64,000 nt of DNA from Trypanosoma brucei (Eukaryota). Positions 41,191-52,803 of the stretch are shown piece by piece. Location of the stretch: NCBI GenBank assembly GCA_000002445.1, contig CP000070.1, positions 1,120,001-1,184,000 of the forward strand, given 5' to 3'. The notes beneath the pieces are model-generated. The model was given only the letters and a program-made list of their open reading frames with translations. It was not told the origin of the DNA and ran no database searches. The translations under genes and the position numbers were made by a program. Position 1 is the stretch's first letter. Each line of letters starts with the position of its first letter.

Positions 41191-41757
41191 AGTGGGGGAA
41201 GGCACAACATGTATACGAGTAAGAACACCGACAGAACAACAAATGGGGTATGAGGCGAAACCATCCTCATATCCCCCTCCCACTGGCACTCAACTAAAAA
41301 GAAAAAAAACTCTTTTTAGTAGACAACTTCCCCTTATTCACGCACCACACGAAGGGAAATTGTCCCACCGCGTCAAAGCACTGAAAGCCATGTGACAGGT
41401 CTGCCGAATATCCCTTGTTACTGAACACGCATCCTTACTACACAAACCACAAATATCTCGAAAAGTTGGAGAAAGCAAACATACCAACGATATCGACAAA
41501 CTCACAATGGAAAACAGATCGCATGTCTCAGAACAGTAAACTACAAGACAGTAGCCCGACTACCTCCAGTAAAGTGCAAAATGGATGGCCGCAATCGTAC
41601 AGCTTGGCCCCTCAAGTACACACAAAAGACAGTGTATACTTGAAAGCCAAACAGAGATACTGTGAGGCACAACACCTCAACTCTCGCCCGTGCTTAAACA
41701 ACCCAACACCCTCGCACACTTTCCTCCGCCATATTACCGACACAAACCCACTCCGTC

Positions 41758-43650
41758 TCAGTTAAGTTCATTTTCAACCCGTTTAAGGGTTAAAATAACT
41801 TCCTCAATAGTGTCTTGCTGCAAAGGCATCTTATCCAGCTTGTTCATCATCGCCTCCAGTTCTCCAAGCCTCTCCACTGATATTGAGGGAGGCGCTCGCC
41901 TCGTAAAAGTATCGGAGTCATCACTGCTGCTCGTTGAAGATGAGGAATAATAAGATGACGATGTCGACGAACTGGTCGGCAATGGACTCAACATCTCCGT
42001 AGAGGAGTACTCTTCTAATCTCCTCTTACTTCGTTTGGAATCTTTGCCATTATCCCTGCCGCCCAGCCGACCAGACTTCACTTTCGATATACGACTACCC
42101 CGATCCGCTTTCTCGCGCTTCACCTTTGGTGGCTTCTGCCTTCGTTCATGATCACTCTTTTCCTTTTTTCTCCTGAGATCAGCTTGCCCCACCCGTCTTC
42201 GGCTCTCCTTTTCTTTCTTAAGTGACTTGCGCCCGTGTTTTGCGCGCAGAACCTGGGACGATTTGGACGAGATCGATATTGCTGCCCCTTCCTTTTGACG
42301 GCTACTCACGCGATCAGGTTTCTCCCATACGTCATCTTCATCCAGTATCCCGCCCCCTTCGCCTTCACTACCACCGGACGGACGTGTTTCAGTTTTTGTG
42401 GAGGTGGAGGACACCAGCGAAAGCCGTAGCCGGGGGCGCGGTGGTTTGCCACTGGGGTCCGCATGTGCGGGCACGGGGGCGTCTTTCCCATTCTCCGTTG
42501 ATTGTACCGGTGGTTTCCTGCGCAGTACTAACCTACGTCCGCCGTTATTTACCTGATGGCTAACAGTGTCGTCCGTGCGACTGCCGTTCGCGTCACATAC
42601 AAGCTTCTCATCTGCGCTTTGCACGGCCCCGTCACATGCTGCTTGGTATCGAGAAGGAAATAATGCAGCCAACTCATCAGCAGGAAGCGGCTCCATCGAT
42701 ATACCGTCGCCATTTGCGTCCATCATGCGGCGAAGCACCCCTGTCCCCGTCCCCGTGCGTGGCCCACATCCCACAGTGTCCTGTCCACACAATGTCGAGA
42801 AGAGTTCCTGATCCGCTTCTAACTGCTGTTTTTCATACGTCTCTGCATCTCTTACAGCACGATAGCCGATCTTCACAAGCTTGCGACACTGTGCAGCGAG
42901 GATGCTATCAGACCCATTGTAGTGTTCACAGTTACAGCTCATCAGGGTTAGGAGTGCCTTAAGATCGGCGTAGTCCGCCACAGTAGCATCCCAAACGCTA
43001 CAATAGAGTGTCGAAAGGGACACGGGACGCCTTACCCGCTGGTAATAGTTTGGGGCCTCCAGCTCCGTCACCGGCAGCAAAAAATCTGAACCTCCCGTAC
43101 AACTAAACCGCCACAGTTCATCCACGGCACGGGTCAGACAACACCGCCGGCGCCATGCCCGGCGTTGAGCTTTCATGCCTTCAACTTCACCTAATTTAAT
43201 CAACTCAGCCTCGCGCTCCGCTTCTACCTCAGAGGAGAGAAGCAAAACCTCCTCCATCAGCCGCTGCACACGTATGGATTCATAGTACGCTGTGACGGCA
43301 CCGTCCCGGCGCGTGTCCCCAATTGGCACTCCGTTGGAGAAATTTTCCGAAAGGAAACCATTATTTTCGACTCCACCATTAGCTATGGAACGGCGGTCTT
43401 TCCTCCGTCGTGTGGGTATAACAAAGTGTCTACCTCCGGTTGAAGTGGATGGCACAGTAATCTCCGCCCACTTCCTATCCCGCCACTTACACATCAGGGT
43501 CGACAGAGTCTCAGAAAACTCTTGGGGGTTCTGCACTGTTGAAAGGTGCTGGGCAAACGCCGTGCAAAAGGTATTACTGATGTCAACAGATACAAGGTGC
43601 TGCCACGGTGAACAGGAGGGCGCGCGACGTGCGGAGGTGCCCCCCGACAT
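41758..43650 (-). CDS. Bromodomain-containing protein (bromodomain factor) with an RS/K-rich C-terminal tail
   Basis: 630 aa. The bromodomain-like block FLLPVTELEAPNYYQRVRRPVSLSTLYCSVWDATVADYADLKALLTLMSCNCEHYNGSDSILAAQCRKL fits the F..PV...YY..I..P..L..I...Y....F..D..L...N...YN consensus. The C-terminus is rich in K/R/S/E/D. Confidence 0.6.
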   Translation of the reverse strand: MSGGTSARRAPSCSPWQHLVSVDISNTFCTAFAQHLSTVQNPQEFSETLSTLMCKWRDRKWAEITVPSTSTGGRHFVIPTRRRKDRRSIANGGVENNGFLSENFSNGVPIGDTRRDGAVTAYYESIRVQRLMEEVLLLSSEVEAEREAELIKLGEVEGMKAQRRAWRRRCCLTRAVDELWRFSCTGGSDFLLPVTELEAPNYYQRVRRPVSLSTLYCSVWDATVADYADLKALLTLMSCNCEHYNGSDSILAAQCRKLVKIGYRAVRDAETYEKQQLEADQELFSTLCGQDTVGCGPRTGTGTGVLRRMMDANGDGISMEPLPADELAALFPSRYQAACDGAVQSADEKLVCDANGSRTDDTVSHQVNNGGRRLVLRRKPPVQSTENGKDAPVPAHADPSGKPPRPRLRLSLVSSTSTKTETRPSGGSEGEGGGILDEDDVWEKPDRVSSRQKEGAAISISSKSSQVLRAKHGRKSLKKEKESRRRVGQADLRRKKEKSDHERRQKPPKVKREKADRGSRISKVKSGRLGGRDNGKDSKRSKRRLEEYSSTEMLSPLPTSSSTSSSYYSSSSTSSSDDSDTFTRRAPPSISVERLGELEAMMNKLDKMPLQQDTIEEVILTLKRVENELN

Positions 43651-43754
43651 TGTGGAGGGACAACGAAGAGACCTTTATAGAGCAAAATAAACGGTTAAAC
43701 AAACACAAAGAGCGGGAAAGAAGGCACATAACCTAGTAAAGGCAAGGAAGAAAA

Positions 43755-44225
43755 ACCATTTCAAAAACGTTTTGGTTAATTGACTAACCTCTGAAAAAAT
43801 GTTCACGTACGGTCCATTAATAAGAAAGTTACCTTACCTAACCAACTCTCCCCCATGGCAACGAAGCACACACACGACTCCATGGGGGCACTAGGTTTCA
43901 ATAAATCACGATAAGAAACTAACAACCTCTCGAACAAAATAAAAAATAAAATACGAAACCGCTCACACAACCCAGTAAAGTAAGTAAGGAAAGATCATCC
44001 CACAAACGTTTTGTTAAAATGATGCCGCCGTTTTCGTCTTGGTTAATTGACTAACCGCTGAAAAAAATGTTCGTGTCCAGCTCGCTAATAAGGGAGTCAC
44101 GTCATCTAACCAACTCCCCCATGAAGTTGTATGTGCTTCACCTCCATGGGGGAAGTTGGTGTCAACAAATCACAATACGATAAGAAACTAACAACTTCTC
44201 AAACGCAGAATTTCAAACTCTGATA
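43755..44225. repeat. Imperfect tandem duplication (~240-270 bp units) in the intergenic region, each unit carrying a conserved hairpin
   Basis: Shared blocks ttggttaattgactaacc[t/g]ctgaaaaaa(a)tgttc at 43772 and 44039. Hairpin cccccatgg...ccatggggg (43848-43888) and cccccatg...catggggg (44118-44156). Shared aaatcac(g/aat)a(c)gataagaaactaacaac[c/t]tctc(g/a)aac tails. Confidence 0.7.
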
Positions 44226-44230
44226 TTGTA

Positions 44231-46258
44231 TCAGCAAGAGCCCTCACTGGTGCAAACGACAAAACCAGTTACCTCCTTCCTCAGAAGAGACACATCCCGT
44301 GTTGCTACACGCGGTTTGAGAGAGCCGGATCGTGCTTCCACAGTAGCGAGTACCGCGCGCAGGCTCGGATGCACTGCTTCACCAGGGCATAGTGCGAGCA
44401 CCTTCTCATAGAGATACTTGCAACTCTCTGCTGGGTCAGTTACAGACTCAACACCTTCAGCTCCAACCGCGTCCTCACCGAGAATAGCATGAAGCACCGC
44501 CGCAGGAAACTTTGCCCAGTGCGCAGTGCTGGCGATCACGAGGGGTCGTCGGGTCTCTGGATGCTCCCGTCGGTACTCCGTAGCCGCATGGAGGGCGACA
44601 GCGGTGTGCGGGTCCAACAGTTTACCGGTCGCGTCAAATATTTTCTTTATAGCCGCAGCGCAATTGGACTCATTACATTTGCTTGACCAAAACGTTTCCT
44701 GCATTCTCTGCAGAACCTTGCCGCAAACCTCAAACCTCTTTTCAAACTCAAGTCGTCCCATCTGCTCGGAAACATACTTCGAATCACCGTCAGAGAGTAT
44801 AAAGAGAAACCGCTCCACATTTGACGCCTTCAATATATCAATTGAAGGAGAAGCGGTAGGTACCAAATGACGGTGGCTGATATCGTAGCAGCCAGTACTT
44901 ACAAACTCGTAGAGAACGTCGTTGGTGTTGCTGGCGACGATGAGTTTGCCGACGGGGAGTCCCATGAGCTTCGCCACGTACGCGGCGAGAATGTTGCCGA
45001 AGTTTCCACTCGGCACGACAAAGTCCACCTTGTCGCCAAATGCAAGGGCCCCTGTAACCTTGTCCCCATTCTGCTGTATACACTTTCGGTATGCCCAGAA
45101 ATAATATACAACCTGAGGAATCAGTCGGCCCCAGTTGATGCTGTTGGCGGAGGAGAGGCGCACGCCAGCGTCATTAACCAATTCCCTCTCCAGCTTTTCG
45201 TCGGCAAACAACTTCTTTACGCTTTGCTGACAAAAATCAAAGTCTGATTCAACACCAATGACGCGAACAGTGGTACCGTTGTCATACGAAATCATATGCA
45301 TCTTCTGCACTGGAGACACGCCTCGGAGGGGGTAAAACACCATAACACGACAAGGACTCTTCGCGTTAACAAATCCGCTGATAGCTGCGACCCCAGTGTC
45401 CCCCGAAGTGGCTGTTAGAATCATGTATTGCAGAGGTTTGCCGGCGGCTGTGCTGGAACTCACAACCTCTCCACCTCCACACCCATTGTTGTCACCGCCC
45501 TTCTGGTTCGCGACAGCCGCCACCGCCGTGTCAAAGTAGCGCGGAAACAACTGCAGTGCGAAGTCTTTGAATGCCCCTGTCGGCCCGTGATACAACTCAA
45601 GCAGATACATGTTATGCCAATCCGAGTGGTTCTCCGGCACATCCGCCACCGACGTGGCACGCGGATGTATGGGTGTAAGAGGGCACACATCCTTCAACCC
45701 GTTCCACCGTGAGGGATCGTATGCCTCCAAGATGTGCTTGGAAAGGATGTGCGGTTTCAAGCTCATGTCTGTCAGCCGCTCCAACAGGGACCGTGCCGCC
45801 TCCACGTAACTGAGGTTGGGGGCAGTGCAGAGGTACTTGAGCTGTGAAGCCGTTACCTGTGGAATCTTGCGCAGAGTGAAGAGCCCCCCGTCGGACGCCA
45901 GACCGTCACGAATGACACTGAGAAACGATACAGAAGGCTCGACAGCCCCCCGAGTCGACGAGAACTGCCGGTGGCTGACCAACGACGTCACCTCCGTGAT
46001 GACCTCTTCCACCGTGCTATCCTCACCCCACACAAATCGGCAGTCGTATATTTCCTCTTCTTCTCCAGGAGACTGTCGCTTCATGTACAACCCGGCAGCC
46101 GTTTGGTCGATACAGAGACGAAATACGTCGGAGGGTTCCCCCTTTTCACCATCACGAGGGTATGTGAACAACTGTGGACCCGTTACACTTAGCAGACCAT
46201 CAACCACGCGCTCCTTCACCTCCACTGAGGCTGTGCCACATACGCGTAAGGTGAGCAT
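44231..46258 (-). CDS. Threonine synthase (PLP-dependent, fungal/Thr4-type) with a ~95-aa N-terminal extension
   Basis: 675 aa. FSSTRGAVEPSVSFLSVIRDGLASDGGLF (cf. yeast YRSTRS...FEEAIIQGLATDGGLF), LLELYHGPTGAFKDFALQLF (cf. ELFHGPTYAFKDVALQF, the PLP-lysine loop), TATSGDTG, FVVPSGNFGNILAAYVAKLMGLP, SPSIDILKASNVERF, DPHTAV, STAHWAKF. Confidence 0.85.
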   Translation of the reverse strand: MLTLRVCGTASVEVKERVVDGLLSVTGPQLFTYPRDGEKGEPSDVFRLCIDQTAAGLYMKRQSPGEEEEIYDCRFVWGEDSTVEEVITEVTSLVSHRQFSSTRGAVEPSVSFLSVIRDGLASDGGLFTLRKIPQVTASQLKYLCTAPNLSYVEAARSLLERLTDMSLKPHILSKHILEAYDPSRWNGLKDVCPLTPIHPRATSVADVPENHSDWHNMYLLELYHGPTGAFKDFALQLFPRYFDTAVAAVANQKGGDNNGCGGGEVVSSSTAAGKPLQYMILTATSGDTGVAAISGFVNAKSPCRVMVFYPLRGVSPVQKMHMISYDNGTTVRVIGVESDFDFCQQSVKKLFADEKLERELVNDAGVRLSSANSINWGRLIPQVVYYFWAYRKCIQQNGDKVTGALAFGDKVDFVVPSGNFGNILAAYVAKLMGLPVGKLIVASNTNDVLYEFVSTGCYDISHRHLVPTASPSIDILKASNVERFLFILSDGDSKYVSEQMGRLEFEKRFEVCGKVLQRMQETFWSSKCNESNCAAAIKKIFDATGKLLDPHTAVALHAATEYRREHPETRRPLVIASTAHWAKFPAAVLHAILGEDAVGAEGVESVTDPAESCKYLYEKVLALCPGEAVHPSLRAVLATVEARSGSLKPRVATRDVSLLRKEVTGFVVCTSEGSC

Positions 46259-48212
46259 TGTCTTTTTTATGTATTGTCTTGGAGCTTTGGTAACTACAAT
46301 GTAATGGGTGAGAAAGGAGAGTCAGCAAAGGTGGCGGCCAAGTCGGGAATGCCCCCGACATCTTGAGAACTCGGCTACGTGCCGTGTAATGGAAGTCCAT
46401 GAAAAGAAAATATATGCTACCGTTAATACTGTAAAAACATCGTGTGTGGAAAGCCGTTGCTGGATGCCCCGTTGCAGCCGCGCCATAGAAGCGAAGGCAT
46501 TAATTGGAGAGGGGAGGAGGGGGAAAGACATCACATTGCGCTGTCTCCGTTGCGAGTAACCAGGGAGGGAGAGCGCATCAAGCCAATGAAGGTCAAACCT
46601 TTCAATCTAGCGACAACAGAAGACCTGAAGATTGAGCCGTCCTGTTGTGCCTCGCAGGAAAAACACAGCCGTACATAAACACAAGCATTTATCTACTCGC
46701 CTTTCCCTCCTCCCCACTTCCATCTGCACAACAGCTCGGAAGACTCTCACGTCACACCACCTTCCACACACACGCACAAAAACACACCACCCCCTAAAGC
46801 ATCCCGCAATCACGGGGACGGAACAATAAACCCCACCAACCCGCCGCGGTTTAGTGAACTAACGGCTACCAACGTTCAGAAACAGATACAAGGTAATGAA
46901 GAAGCCGGTAGTCACCATGTTTATGTGCATCTTTCACACTTGTTGATGAGTACTGCACAAAGCACCACTGGGAGTTTTCCTCTAATCGCATGAATCAACG
47001 AATAAGTAGACGCGGGGCGTTTGTATGTGAGAAACCAATGAAAACACAGACGTAAGTAATATATAAATATATAGAAGGGTACACACACAGGACAACAGGT
47101 GAGGGAACTGGGGCATCGAGGTAAACAAGAGTGCGACGAAACGTGAAGTGAAACGGAAAAAGTAACGCGGTACCTTCCTTTTCACACTATTCGCTGATCC
47201 TCCTGTAACTGACATTTGCTAACGCCTCGATAAGCCTCCACTGGCCTCGTCTCCTAAAGTCAAAAAAAAAAGGAGGAAGGGAATCGCAGCAACTGCTGGA
47301 GCCAGTACACCACGTGATCACCCGATCAATTTCTCTAGCAATCGAAACGGATGAAAAGGAATCCCCTGAAACGTAAATTAGACGAAACACAAACGAACCC
47401 GCTGAAGCGATGGGGGGATTAAAGACTCAACACAGCGGCTACCAAAGTGTTGGAATCAAAAGTAATTTTTTTTAAAAAAAAGGACAACGAATGAAAAACT
47501 AAAAGAAGGGAAGCACACGAAAAAAAGAAGAGGCATCACCAAAACGCCCCCACTCCGAAAAAGTCACAAGGTGCACGCAAACAATCACACTTCCTGAATA
47601 AGCATCCTTTTAAGGGGAGGAGAAAAGGAAAAAACAAAAAAAACAACACTGGTAATAAAGAGGGGAAAAGTCGCATGAAAGCAAATCCCCTTGTCGGAAG
47701 AGGGCGAAACGACGAAAAAGGTCTGCGATGTGCATATAGTTGACTTTACACACAGAAACACATACGTAGTATACCGCAAAGGACATCAGGATAGCGGCGA
47801 TAATTTTTTTTAAACGCGTATACATTTTTGTCCCCGTGAATAGATTCCAATTAAACCGTCGGTGATAGGAGAAACTCCTATAACAAGGGGGTTAGCCCTG
47901 GCGTATGACGATGCGCGCGTCCGTCCGTGCGAAGGGCCTTGGCCCGAAAAATTTAGAATGAAGATTTGAAAATGGTAAAAGTAGAGGGAGGAAAGCAAAC
48001 GAGAGATATAATGTTCAGACGCTGCGGCGGCTTATCTATCCTTCCTGATGATGTAGTCCCTCTACAAAAGGGAAGAAATTGGTAGCTGCAGCACAACTTC
48101 CTCAAATCACTAACATAACCCGCTCCCGCACAAAACTCTGCTGCTTATGCTCCATTCATGCGTCCTGAAACGAACGTCCGCGATCATTTGGGAAGACACA
48201 CTGTTGAAGGTA

Positions 48213-50483
48213 TTATGTGAGCATGTCAAGTACAGTTTTCAGGGCCTCAATATATCCCACGTCCTTATCCTGTTCCGCGTCTGCATCGCCACCTCGTAGC
48301 AGCTCCTCACGTTCGTATGTGAAGGCGAAATCAACCATAACAACACGTGCCGACGTCAACGGGTCGTCGGCATCGTACACAAATAACAAGGAAGAGGTAA
48401 AGAAACGGTACACATGATCCTGAAAGAATGCACGGCGAAGTCTCATGATCTGCCGTTTGAAAACTTGTTGAATGCGACTACTGCGTTGCATGAAACGGTA
48501 AATCGTGTCCCGAAGCCCATCCAATGACAAGAGACGCCCAGCAAGCTTAGAGCGCGTTTCATATCGCTGCTTGTCGGGACACCACCGCCGCATCCCTGCA
48601 AGCCGAACTCCGTAAAGTTTGGTTGTTGTCTGCGCCGCTTTGTGCTCCTTACTTCGTAACTTAGCTTCTGGCGGGTTAAGACCGTACTGCCGCTTGCCCA
48701 TCTTTAAATCAAGAACGCACGGATGTTGAAAACCGCTACATATGTCTTCGAGCACAATCATCTGTCTGAGCCCAACACCGGCAATCTTTTCGCCCTCTCC
48801 CGAGCGGTTTTCGGTAGTTTCACGGGGCGCGCTACTGGTTAATGCGCATTCCTGGGCGCTCTCTACCGCTTCAGCGCGTACGGAATCAACATCACCGGTA
48901 GGATTGACCCTCACATGATATAGGCCGTGGTACCGTGGTACAAATGGCGCTAACCTCACCAGGAACTCCCAATTCTTCACATCACGGGAGAAGAGGTGAC
49001 CCTCTGTACTCGAAGACATATCGTGAGAAATGGGAAATCCGCCTTCGCCACCAACAGCCTCCTCGCCATTGCCCTCCCCGATGTCCTCTGCACAATCGCC
49101 GGCAACTCCATACGTTCCTGACGCACCGTGCCCACCAGCTTTCCAGTCACGAGGGGGTCCCACTAACGTATTGCTCGAATCGGGGTCGCCGTCATCGCCG
49201 GAAGCATCGCACTCCGCTACAAACTCATCCTCACAGACACCAGGGGTGAGTGGTGCCTTTGTGTCCTCCTCTGTCGTAGCATTCCCCTCCACAACAACCT
49301 TGTCATCTACATCCCCCATTTTGTCCCTACAATATGCCGCTTCCTCTGAGGCGTACAGGGCAGCAAAGAAAACTGCATATCGCTCAACGTACTCCTGCAC
49401 TGGCTTCAACATTTCGTAAAAACTCTCCTCACGACGGGAGCAACTTTCCTTCATGAACACACCGTTGTGCTGAAACGCCAGATGATGACCGCCGATAGAT
49501 GAGTGACCGCCACTTAAAGTAGCTGTGAATCCCTCAGCTGGTGAGACGGAGGTTTGGCTACCACCGCCCGTGCCGAACAGACCCGTTGCCCTCGCCGTAG
49601 AGAAACCATTTGCCACCCGGCGTCGGCGCTGTAATAAGTTGATACAGCGGCCTCCTTCCCCTGGCACCCGACCCAACACTCTACTGGCTACTGTGGAGTT
49701 TCCACTAATTCTACAACTGCAATGTTCCGTCTCCGCTTCATCGGAGGGTGTAAACCCTGAGTGGGCATCGTTGTAAGAAGACCGGCTCATGCTGCCATCA
49801 CGTGGAAGAGGGTGGTTATCGGCAGATTGCTCTGCATGTGCCGGTCTTCTTGCGGTCACAGGAGATTGCGTCACGCTGCAAGATTCTCTTTCTCCATCTA
49901 AGCTCGGCCAGTGAACGTCGTCCATCCAACGCCACACGGGAGTTTCCGTCGGTGCATTATTTTCGTCATTGTCACTGCAAGCCGAACACTGGGTACTACC
50001 GGAGACTCTGCGCTTACCGATTGTATCATTCGTGCGTGAAAGCTCCCTCTGAACATTACTACTACTCGTACTCTCGACTATGCTTCTTATTTTGTCGATA
50101 TGGCGACCACTACCAGGACCCCCTCCACCCTCCGCTGTAGGGAAGCCAACTAGCGCGTTACTGTTGTCGCATGCATCGGTATGTAAATCACTACTTCCAT
50201 TTCCAACACCACTAGTTCTGCGTTCCCACATTGGAACGGTGGTAAAACTGTGGTTCCCATCACTGTGCTTCTGAGCGGGAGTAAGCTCTGCAGAGCTCCT
50301 GTAACCGTCAGCGTCATCGGTGCTTCCCTTCGCCTTCTCTAAATGTGAGGCCCGTGCATTTTCCGTCGCTTTTCTAGACACCGACCTGCATTCATTTGAC
50401 TCGGGGAGATCTAATATTGCCACTACCGATGGCCGTACGGAGCTCCTTAATGAGTTTCTACGTAAATTCTCCTCTTCCCCCAT
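48213..50483 (-). CDS. Inositol polyphosphate kinase family protein (IPK/IPMK/IP6K-like)
   Basis: 756 aa. A long low-complexity N-terminal region, then the IPK signature PCVLDLKMGKRQYG and SSLLFVYDADD near the C-terminus. Confidence 0.7.
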   Translation of the reverse strand: MGEEENLRRNSLRSSVRPSVVAILDLPESNECRSVSRKATENARASHLEKAKGSTDDADGYRSSAELTPAQKHSDGNHSFTTVPMWERRTSGVGNGSSDLHTDACDNSNALVGFPTAEGGGGPGSGRHIDKIRSIVESTSSSNVQRELSRTNDTIGKRRVSGSTQCSACSDNDENNAPTETPVWRWMDDVHWPSLDGERESCSVTQSPVTARRPAHAEQSADNHPLPRDGSMSRSSYNDAHSGFTPSDEAETEHCSCRISGNSTVASRVLGRVPGEGGRCINLLQRRRRVANGFSTARATGLFGTGGGSQTSVSPAEGFTATLSGGHSSIGGHHLAFQHNGVFMKESCSRREESFYEMLKPVQEYVERYAVFFAALYASEEAAYCRDKMGDVDDKVVVEGNATTEEDTKAPLTPGVCEDEFVAECDASGDDGDPDSSNTLVGPPRDWKAGGHGASGTYGVAGDCAEDIGEGNGEEAVGGEGGFPISHDMSSSTEGHLFSRDVKNWEFLVRLAPFVPRYHGLYHVRVNPTGDVDSVRAEAVESAQECALTSSAPRETTENRSGEGEKIAGVGLRQMIVLEDICSGFQHPCVLDLKMGKRQYGLNPPEAKLRSKEHKAAQTTTKLYGVRLAGMRRWCPDKQRYETRSKLAGRLLSLDGLRDTIYRFMQRSSRIQQVFKRQIMRLRRAFFQDHVYRFFTSSLLFVYDADDPLTSARVVMVDFAFTYEREELLRGGDADAEQDKDVGYIEALKTVLDMLT

Positions 50484-50535
50484 GAATTCGGTACCACTTA
50501 GTTATACAGGGGTTGCACTAAAGTCACCCCTCCCC

Positions 50536-50536
<1 letters not shown>

Positions 50537-50576
<40 letters not shown>
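50537..50576. repeat. (AC)~20 microsatellite
   Basis: Read directly. Confidence 0.9.
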
Positions 50577-50578
<2 letters not shown>

Positions 50579-52803
50579 ACAAGGGTACACGCGTACCAAA
50601 TACCAAACAGAGTTTTGTTCTCCCCTCCTGTTTTTGCTGTTACAAGGAGGAGATAACCTTTAAAAAAAAAAACTTCATCAACAATTGGAGAAACAGAACG
50701 GCATATGTGAAAAAGTGAATAAACGAGCAAGCAATGGTTGAATTTCAGGTTGTTAGGATAGCATCATCTCATTATAAATTTTACCGATAACAGTAAATGA
50801 GAAGGGTTAACACAGTCGCAAAACTGCGTTCATTAAACACGTCGCAAAAAGGGAGAGAAACACAAACAAAGAATGATTACAGAACAAAACAAAAAAACTA
50901 CACCCATCCCCCTCCCTCTCCCAACCGTCTTTCCACCCATCCACCCCCCCCCCCCAAACACAAACACACGCACCTCTTAAGTTCATGTCCGGCCATATTT
51001 CCTTTACATGAGAATCAACAAGTACATTGCTTTTTAATAAGTAGAGTGAATAATCAGAAGTTCCACTTGTCCACCACCGATTGGTTGCGTATAAATATCA
51101 TGAGGGACTGAGTAATGATAGCATAATTGTGTCTTTTTTTTTTCTTTCCTTTTTTTTTGCTTTTAATGAGGCCCCACATGCAAGACAAAACCTCAGTGAT
51201 ACACTTTCTGTTGATTCGCCGCTCGCTCCGCAAAATCAAACAAAAAAGTTACTCGTGTCTCCTTGAGCAGCGCTGAAGCAAAACGTTTCTTTCTGTACAT
51301 TTTCAAACACCGTACTTTTAAATTATGTATCAAGGAGGTTGAAATTTAGGAGAGGGACGGAGGGAGAATTAAACAAAAAAAAGTATGGATGAAAACCGCT
51401 AGGGGTCGGGGCGACAGAAACCGATTGCTGGTTTCAAAAGCAGTTCAGAAAGACATATTGAGAATGGAGAGGAAAACAAAAGTAGAGGGAAATAGGAGAG
51501 AGAGAGAGAGAAAGAAAAAAACGTGTATCAAATATTGGGTGGGGTAGGCACATACAATACACTTCTTTTTTTATCTTTCTCTTTTACAGTGAGAGCAAAT
51601 ACCACTCACTGTATTGATTTTGTGCGCTTGGATGTTACATGAGAGTCTCCTAAACAAAAAGGGAAGCGCAATACCAAAAAGTAAGTAACAAATGGATAAC
51701 ACAACTTCAAATATAGGACAATAATGATAAAATAGAAAAAGAAGAAAAGAAAAGATACATGTCATGTTCGTAAGAAAATGGTACATTTACTGTCTCCTCA
51801 CAGCGCCTCACCAACAAATATATAAATATATAAATATATTTTGTATTTTCAAGAGAAAAAAATTGTTTCACTCTTTCCCTATTCGGCCACTCGGAGACCT
51901 ACTGTTGGTACTACCTCACGGCAGAAGTGTTGAACAAACCACAACTGAAGTGAGGGACAAAGAGAAAGTATAACAATACAAAGGAGATTCAACAAATCGA
52001 GGATATTTGTGGTTCGACTGCTTAATTGGGCGCCACCCCTCCACTTATGGTGGAAATGAAGCATACTCTTGTGTGCAAGCTCGTGTTCGTAATATAGTCA
52101 TCCGTTTTTATTTCTTTTCTTTACCCTCGTTTCTCCCTTAACACCATTTTATTTAATTTGGTGTTGTTGCCTTTGCTTTGACCCTCTTACTTGAGAAGTG
52201 CACTTGACTCCTCTTTCACACCATCACCTCCACAACTTGCTCACAGTTTTCTTTCTTTCCACTCTTAAAATAAATGCACACACACACACATATGCTTATA
52301 CACCAGAAAATAAAAAGGGGAAGAGAGACACCCCCATTTGCTCAATGTGTGACGAGACGTCTTTACATTTAAGTTTCTCTTTTCATATTTGTCAAAAACA
52401 AAAGCGAAAACAAAAACTTTCTTTTCTCTTTTCCGCAAGTGCACAATCATGGTGGGGCCCCCAACTCAATAGCAACCGGTGGATGAAAAATGCCAGTTGT
52501 AAAAAAAAAAAATGATGTGACAAGCAGTGGCGAATGTTGTGGCCAGAAGGGAACAAAAACAAAACAACAAAAAAAAGGGAAAGCAACTCACACACACACA
52601 AGAAAGAGGAAAAGAGAGTGCCACTCAGCACGTTCAAACGCAGAACCAACGCAACTGCTAACTACACACACCTACACACATTTAAAACAAACAAAACATA
52701 CAAACAGGGAGTAAGGTGACCACAGGTAATTTTTGTATTTTCTTCCTTTTTCTTTCCCCTTATACACAGGAATTGAAAAAAAAAATGTGGCAACGGTGGA
52801 TGC

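Noticed and set aside
46260-48212. ~2 kb intergenic region between threonine synthase and the IPK gene, with small ORFs
   Set aside because: Only short ORFs of <90 aa with biased composition. This is consistent with the long UTRs and intergenic spacers typical of trypanosomatids, and no repeat or RNA-gene signature was seen.
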